From: Licmophora abbreviata
Lineage: Eukaryota
Length of the DNA stretch: 36,496 nucleotides
Reading direction: 5' to 3'
Assembly (NCBI GenBank): GCA_900291995.1
Contig: OLMU01004926.1
Location: 1-36,496, forward strand
Program-made: the position numbers and the translations under genes
In this document: positions 30,198 through 36,496 of the stretch, piece by piece
Numbering within the stretch: the stretch's first letter is position 1
Layout of the letters: each line of letters begins with the position of its first letter
Notes under the pieces: model-generated
What the model was told of the DNA's origin: nothing
Database searches by the model: none
What the model saw: only the letters and a program-made list of their open reading frames with translations

Positions 30198-33100
30198 TCA
30201 AGAAAAAAAGGATTTGAATCGCCCAACTATAGAACCTTCTGTCTCTCCGCCTTTCACTGGGGAGGTAAACAAAGAGCGCACGGGTCCAGAGTCTAATCCA
30301 GTCGGTCCACTCATGTAATCGGCTTCACATTCGTCTGCAAGCATCAGAACATCCTCCACCAGTCGACTGTCGCGACATCGCTCCTGAACGATGTCGACCA
30401 TCTGCGCCATGGCCTTCTGGTACTGTAGGCGAGAATGCACTTCTGCAATGTAGGTTGCCTGCTTCATCTTGAGCTCTTCCTTAACTTCCACATGTTGTAT
30501 GTGCATCTTCTGCACCTGATGTTTGTATGCCTGAACGTCTGTCACCAGCTTCGCGTTGGTCTTGTTCAGCTGCTTGGCGTGTTGATTCAGCGCTGCAAAG
30601 GAGGCGCCAGCGGAAGCATTCGCATCCATAAGTCGCTGGTTGTTCTCCTTCAAAAGATCAAAGTCCGTTCGAAGCTGCGCATTCTGGCTGCGTAGCTTAA
30701 ATACTTCTTTCCGCAAGTATTCGAGCATCTTGCCACTCTCGTCCATTAGTGTCTGCTGCTGCGTCGTGAGCAAAGCGTTGTCTGTAGACGCGGAAGCAGG
30801 CTCTTGCGTCGTGGTTACTTCCCTGGGTGGATTTATTTGCCTCGTTCCTTCTTCTTCGCCTGCTGCCACTTCAGCTTTCTTCTCCTCGACTGGCGTCCCT
30901 GCTGGCTGTTCACGATAGACAACAACGGGCGTCGCATTTTCTTCAGCCTTCTTCTCCGCCTCGACTCTCCGGGCTTCTGCCTCTTCGAGCTTCCTTTGAA
31001 GCGCCTTGAGCTGATTCTCGAGCTTCGCTTCTTCAATCTTTTCAGCGAGTTCCTGGCGGTACTTGGGTCTCTGGATCACACCTCGTGCCGTCGCCTGGAG
31101 GACGACAGCCGCCCGCCTGTGCTTCTGGAACGACGCCCGTGCAACTTTCATTCTGAAGTGAGTCTGAACAATCGTGGCCATGAAATTTCTGCGCAGTCGA
31201 TCTAGCTCGTCCACGGCCGTACTGCATCTGCTCCAGCATTGCACAATGATCGCCGCTTTGCGGAGGCGGGTGTACTTTCGTCGAGCAACAAACTGCCTCA
31301 CTTTTGCTGCGGCCTTCACCTCGGCAGCCTTAAGGCAGTGATATTGCGATCGTTTAACGAATCCACGTACAATCCGCTGGATCTCCACTGCCCACACTCC
31401 GAGCCCTTTCAAGCGCTCAGATTCGAGAAACTCGAGCGCACCTGCCCGGAAGTAAGCACGGGTCTTTCCGATCACGAAGGCTTTTTGGGAGCCACCATCC
31501 TTTTCAACCTCCAAACTGTGTAGTGCAGCCGTCAAGAGGTGATCCACGTCATCTTTGACAGCATCACGAGAAAGATCGGGATCCCCGTGCTCAGGCGATG
31601 TGCGATGGTAACCTTTGCTCCATAGTGACTTGAATCTATCGAGCACAATCGCGTGCTCCAAGCGATTCGGGAATGCGGATCGAGATATGGTGACGGCCGC
31701 TACTACTCCCGCACATCGGAGCTGTTCCACGGTCGAAAGGTGATGCATGATCGTCGGCTGCTTCTCGGTGTTCGGTTTGATGCAACGAATGTAGCGTGTA
31801 CGAGTTTCGCTGAGATTCTGCATCAACGACGTCAGTTGACTCCGAAACTTGGTCCATACAGTCACTGCCACAAGCGAGCTGCTGGATCGCCTCGGTGTGG
31901 CTCGTGCAGCCTTCCCTGGTTTCTTTCTTGTTGACGTAGGCTTGTCCACGTTCATAATCGAGTCGTTGCTTAGATGCTTGCTGATAATCTCGTTCGAGCA
32001 TAGATTGGCGCAATCAACCAGGTCAGCTGGGAGGGCATCGGTGTTCTTGGTAACAAAATTCGTCGCATCGTACACCACCGGGCCTGCATAGTGCTTGACA
32101 CCAAATTGGAAATTTTGAAAGCTCTTCTCCACGAAGAAGCAGTCAGATTCCTTGTTCATGGCTTGGACCTTGGAAACGAACGCGACATCGTTGCCTTTTG
32201 GACGCACGCACTCTTCGTTCAGGACAGATATTAGCCCCATCCGGCCTTCCACCAATGTAAGCACATCAGCATTATCCTCGTACGTGATTTCACCAAGCCC
32301 AATGCCCTCAAACTCGTACTCAGTCTGCACTGAGCGAAAGATGTCCTGCGTAAACTTTTGCTGCAGCTTCTCATTGGCGTAGTTGATGCAAAGCTGTTCG
32401 AAACGATTCGTCTCGAACGATTCGAATCCAAAGATATCCAACAACCCAATTAGACCAAATTCGTCATTCTTGTCCCCGTCGTAGTTCTTCTCGGCGCACG
32501 TGGCGTCGTTGATCGTTCGGACCAGCCAAAGAAACGCCTTGGCGTAGATCTCCTTCGCAAACGCATCGCATGCATCATTAGCCTTCACCGAATTCAGAGG
32601 TACCTTGTACACTTCATTTCTCGCCCGCACTGTGCGCTCCGTGAGTGTCTTCTGAATGATGTCTACTTCCACGCCCATTAACTTTGCCAGCGCCACCAGC
32701 TCATCCTTTGACGTAATGTCAGAACTCTCCTCGTTCTCTTTATTCGGCGCAAACGTCAAGTTTCCGAGCTGCATGACAATACATATGGCACGCATCAGCA
32801 TTAAGAACGTCTCGTCTTTGACACCCACCAGCGCGAGCGCGTCCCTTGTGAGCTGAAAGCGCTCGGCGTCCGTCTTGTTTTCGATCGTATCGGTATCGGT
32901 CCATCCGACGTACATAAACGATTCATTGTCGGTACCCTCCAAACCTTCCCAAATTTCCGTCTTTATTTTTTCTGGTGCCGCAAGAAGCTGGTAGAATATG
33001 TGATACGTCCGCTCCTCATCTTCATGACCGACCACACGACTCTTTTCTAACAGATACACATCACATTTTGATCCCGCGAGGACACAGCTCGGAATCGACC

Positions 33101-34328
33101 TGCCGCTATACGCAGCCAGCGTTGGATCTTCTGCATCAAATTGGAGCTGAATATACTTTCCGAACCGACTGCTATTGTCATTTCGTACAGTCTTAGCGTT
33201 ACCGAATGCTTCCAGCAACGGATTTGAATCCAAGACACGTTGAACAATCGGCGACGTGGATGCGGCCTGAAACGCCGTCGCCAGGCTGCGACTCGCGTCC
33301 TTCCTTTCGTCCTCTACTGCATGATCCAATTCTGACGACCCCATTTGGACCGATGCCAAGTGGGACATTAATATTTTGACAGTTTCTGTTTTTCCAGCCC
33401 CACTCTCACCACTCACTAGGATGGACTGGTGCTGGCCCTCCACGGCGAGACCGCGATACGACAGACTCGACGTTTCGTAGACGTGCGGCTCTACTAAGCT
33501 GCGGGGATCACCTTCGTAGGGAGAATCTGAGGGGAAGAAGAGGTGCGGCCGTGGTGAGGGACATGTGGACGTACCCATCGGCATGCTTCAGTGCTACAAT
33601 ATCATACGTACCATCCCATACAAGGGCGTGCGCGTAGCTACACCTCCTTTCGTCTGTATACAGTTCGTACATCCACTGTTGATGTAGAAGGCGAAAGATA
33701 AGTGTATGTTAGAAACAAGATCTACCAAAACTGTCTTGAGAGTCCTCATCACTCGGCGCCACGCGACGCACCTTATAGGGGTTCACGGCAATCACGATAT
33801 CACCAGTCCTCGTATATGGCTTGCCACAGACATGCCGAGCCTTTAAATTGTATAGAATCGCGGCCTACAAGTTAAACGAAGAGCACGTGTGAGGATCATT
33901 CAAGTCAGCCTACCCTGGTGCCGCACGGGACCTCATTGGATCAGAACGAAAACGTCGTCGGTGACACTCGTCGCCGTCGTACCTCGTGCAGGAAGGGTAG
34001 GTCGACCATATCTTCGACTTCCTTGAGTTCCCCATTCTCATCGACGTTCTGTAGCGGTAACGCGTTGTTGGGATAATCACTTCGCTGTACTGATTTCTTC
34101 TCAAAGCCCTTGGCGCCCTTGCCTCCATCGCTACAAATAGCCTGCTCATTCTTGTACGTGGGAATCGAGACGACCGTCGTGTCATTGTCGCCTGCTGCTT
34201 TCCACCACGCGGGCTGGGACCCAAGCAAACTCGTCGCTCAGAGTATAGACATGGTTAGACGTGCTTACCGCCGCTGCGGCCTTGGTCGCAGCGGCGTTTG
34301 GACTTGGAGGATCGTTCGAGTCGGCCAT
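30198..34328 (-). CDS. Myosin heavy chain (SH3-like N-terminus, motor, IQ motifs, coiled-coil tail); exons 34328-33983, 33864-33772, 33675-33612, 33526-30198, with one extra base near 34200 (~1276 aa if corrected)
   Basis: Motifs GESGAGKT, LEAFGNAKTVRNDNSSRFGK, DIFGFE, FEQLCINYANEKLQ and YIRCIKPN, plus IQ/VQxxxR repeats. Three GT-AG introns (33982-33865, 33771-33676, 33611-33527) rebuild DMVDLPFLHE|AAILYNL...AVNPYK|W...PHVY. Confidence 0.93.
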
Positions 34329-34680
34329 GGTCGTAAACACAATGAGGGTGAGTCGAGTCGCGACGGGTGGATTGACACGCCAAAATTTGGGCGTAGAAAA
34401 TACGTAGAACTCAGTACTGAATTCCCAATTCTGAGGCCGGAGGGAGGTTTGACGAGTCAAAGGAGTCGATTTAGGATACCGTGAAATGTCGAGCGCGCGC
34501 GCGTTCACGGGAAAACTTTAGGTTGCCGCCATTTTCTGATCCCACGCGATGGCAACAATCACACTGCCGCTTGCTCGTTCTCGATTTCGGCGTCTCCCGA
34601 GCGCCTTTCAGACTGTCTTTCCTATCAAAGGGTAGGTACATATCAATGTGTCCACCAGGTTTCTCAAACGAGACAAAAGA

Positions 34681-35778
34681 ATGAACGAAACGAAAGAAAT
34701 CGATGCGACGCCGCTCCTGCTCGCGAACGCAGACGTCCTCGGCCACGCCACCCTGTTCCTGACGGTCTCTGACCTTTGTCGCGCAAGGGCCGCCTCTCGG
34801 GCCTGGACGGACGCCCTCTCAGTGCATGTACTTTCCTTCTCCTCCGATTCACGCGTTAGAAACATCGACATCCAGCGAGCCATCGAAGAAGCCGGAGGAC
34901 GACTCCGCGCTTTGACCATTCTAAAGAACACGCGGGTTCGCGTCAACGCCTTGGCCGACCTTCGGACGAATCAGCAGCTGGAACTCGTAAACGTAGAGGG
35001 CTGTACTGCTTTGTTTCATCGACTCGGTGCGACGAATAATGCTAGACAGCGTGAAGAGGCATGGCGCACGTTCTGTCGAGTGCTTCCCGGCAGCAACCAG
35101 AGTCTGGTTCGCAAGCTTCGCGTTGCCGACTGCTTCCCATCGACGCCCAACTACCACTTCATGAAGCACACATCGCAGCAATTCCGCATTTCTAAGATCG
35201 ATCTCGGTGCTGTGAAATGCCGCGCTTTTACGTGCCGCTCGCGCACTGGCGAGTGTGTTCAAGTACAGGACGTCACTCCTCGCCTCCTTGATGCGAGTCC
35301 GACAGACCGGCCCGAGCCTCTCGGTGCAATGCGCACCTGTTCCGCTACGTGTATCTCCTGTCAGTGTCGATGGCACCAGTTCCGTGTTAGAGACGACCAG
35401 AGTTGTCAGACGTGTGCCACGTTTTGGTGCAAACGACGCTTCTGCGAAGCAACTGATCCCCGTCTAGCATGCTTTGAGACTGCCAAATCGACTAGGCGAC
35501 TCGGCATATGGCGTGACACACCCGCGGGTGTTGTTCGTCCTTTACTCAACTGTCGTTTTTGTTTGTTCTATGAGAATGCCTCGGATGATGAGAGGTTTCG
35601 CATCCGACAAGAGCTCCGAGACAAGAACATATCAATTGGAGTGCAATCACGGATTGAAGCCAACTTTGAAGAACCAAGCAGCGACGACGAACAAGACTTC
35701 ATGCCGCTGTTTGGGGGCTTCTTCCCTAATGTCATGTATCGTTACATGATTCAGGATCCGAATGAGGGCGACTATTGA
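34681..35778 (+). CDS. F-box-like protein with a Cys-rich putative Zn-binding region (~365 aa)
   Basis: ATG at 34681. LLANADVLGHATLFLTVSDLCRARAASRAW resembles an F-box. An LRR-like segment (LELVNVEGC) and several CxxC pairs follow. Confidence 0.6.
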   Translation: MNETKEIDATPLLLANADVLGHATLFLTVSDLCRARAASRAWTDALSVHVLSFSSDSRVRNIDIQRAIEEAGGRLRALTILKNTRVRVNALADLRTNQQLELVNVEGCTALFHRLGATNNARQREEAWRTFCRVLPGSNQSLVRKLRVADCFPSTPNYHFMKHTSQQFRISKIDLGAVKCRAFTCRSRTGECVQVQDVTPRLLDASPTDRPEPLGAMRTCSATCISCQCRWHQFRVRDDQSCQTCATFWCKRRFCEATDPRLACFETAKSTRRLGIWRDTPAGVVRPLLNCRFCLFYENASDDERFRIRQELRDKNISIGVQSRIEANFEEPSSDDEQDFMPLFGGFFPNVMYRYMIQDPNEGDY

Positions 35779-35951
35779 AGTTTGTGGGCGGGTGCGGCGT
35801 TGTGTGTCGTCCCATGATGGATCTACCATTGGCACCGCTGAATCGAACAACACGGATCGTACATCTCCTCGAGAAAAACCGTAGTACGAACAGTATTTAA
35901 GTGGAACGTGTGTACAAGATTTAGCTAGAAAGTAACTCTATCACGGTAGTT

Positions 35952-36416
35952 CTAGGAACTTCCAGCTTGGTCAGTCGGCGTTGAAGACATGGCCGCTGGA
36001 GCCATGGTAGAACAAAGCAGGATCCGGTAGAATGGATAGATGGCAGCACGAAGGTACGCCATCCCCGAATGAGACAGCTGTCCTGAATGTGTCTCGGAAT
36101 GATGCAAGGCCATCCACGTCAAAGACTTTGCCACTGAGACAAATGGGCGCAACATCCTCGATGAACTTGATAAAGAGATCTCCTGGCTGGTCATGGTTGC
36201 CACCGACGACTGGCATGCACCAGCCCGTAGGAACGTTTGTAGGTCAATGGGAATCTCTGACCGTTGAGAAGAGGGTCGTTGGTGAAAAAGCACAGATCGT
36301 TAGCATCGCAATGAACATGTTTCACCTTGAGATAAGGCCGTCGTGGGCACGAGCGTTCGAGGGCCAGGGCTTCCGACTTTTCCGTAAAGTTCTTCGATAA
36401 TAGGACACTCGGTCAT
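35952..36416 (-). CDS. Doubtful small hypothetical gene; exons 36416-36326, 36256-35952
   Basis: A candidate intron at 36325-36257 (GTGAAA...GCTAAC...TCAG) joins MTECPIIEELYGK...ALSQ to the 35952 ORF frame. No recognisable domain. Confidence 0.25.
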
Positions 36417-36496
36417 TGCTCGTACGCTGGAGACGGGCGGTTTTATCCATTCGTGACTCGATCACAGACGGGAATCAACCGCGCGCATTTTTTTCC

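Noticed and set aside
1..36496. Transposons, CRISPR arrays, tRNA or rRNA genes
   Set aside because: No transposase or RT ORF, terminal repeats, repeat-spacer periodicity or structural RNA signature was seen by eye. A tRNAscan-SE/Infernal run would be needed to exclude small RNAs.

Overview
Gene-dense eukaryotic nuclear DNA, most likely a pennate diatom. This is inferred from short GT-AG introns, ASA-F-type bipartite plastid presequences and a diatom-style myosin N-terminus. I reconstruct 17 genes plus one doubtful one, mostly in head-to-head pairs. In order: SPX-MFS phosphate transporter, Mic10-like protein (missed by the ORF track), Dgk1/phytol-kinase-family lipid kinase, four hypothetical membrane or plastid proteins, DXS, SAM synthetase, PP2A scaffold A, serine acetyltransferase with an EF-hand-like tail, tandem-duplicated DdaF/NikS-like ATP-grasp ligase, SLC35F6-like transporter, a hypothetical protein, POT/PTR peptide transporter, a myosin with a 1-nt frameshift in exon 1, and an F-box-like Cys-rich protein. 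No rRNA, tRNA, CRISPR array or transposon was recognised. The best lead is the double ATP-grasp ligase flanked by SAT and two transporters, a candidate small-peptide biosynthesis/transport locus. Other leads are the SAT EF-hand fusion, the two 418-nt first introns of adjacent DXS and METK, and the myosin frameshift. All family assignments come from motif recognition by eye; no searches were run.
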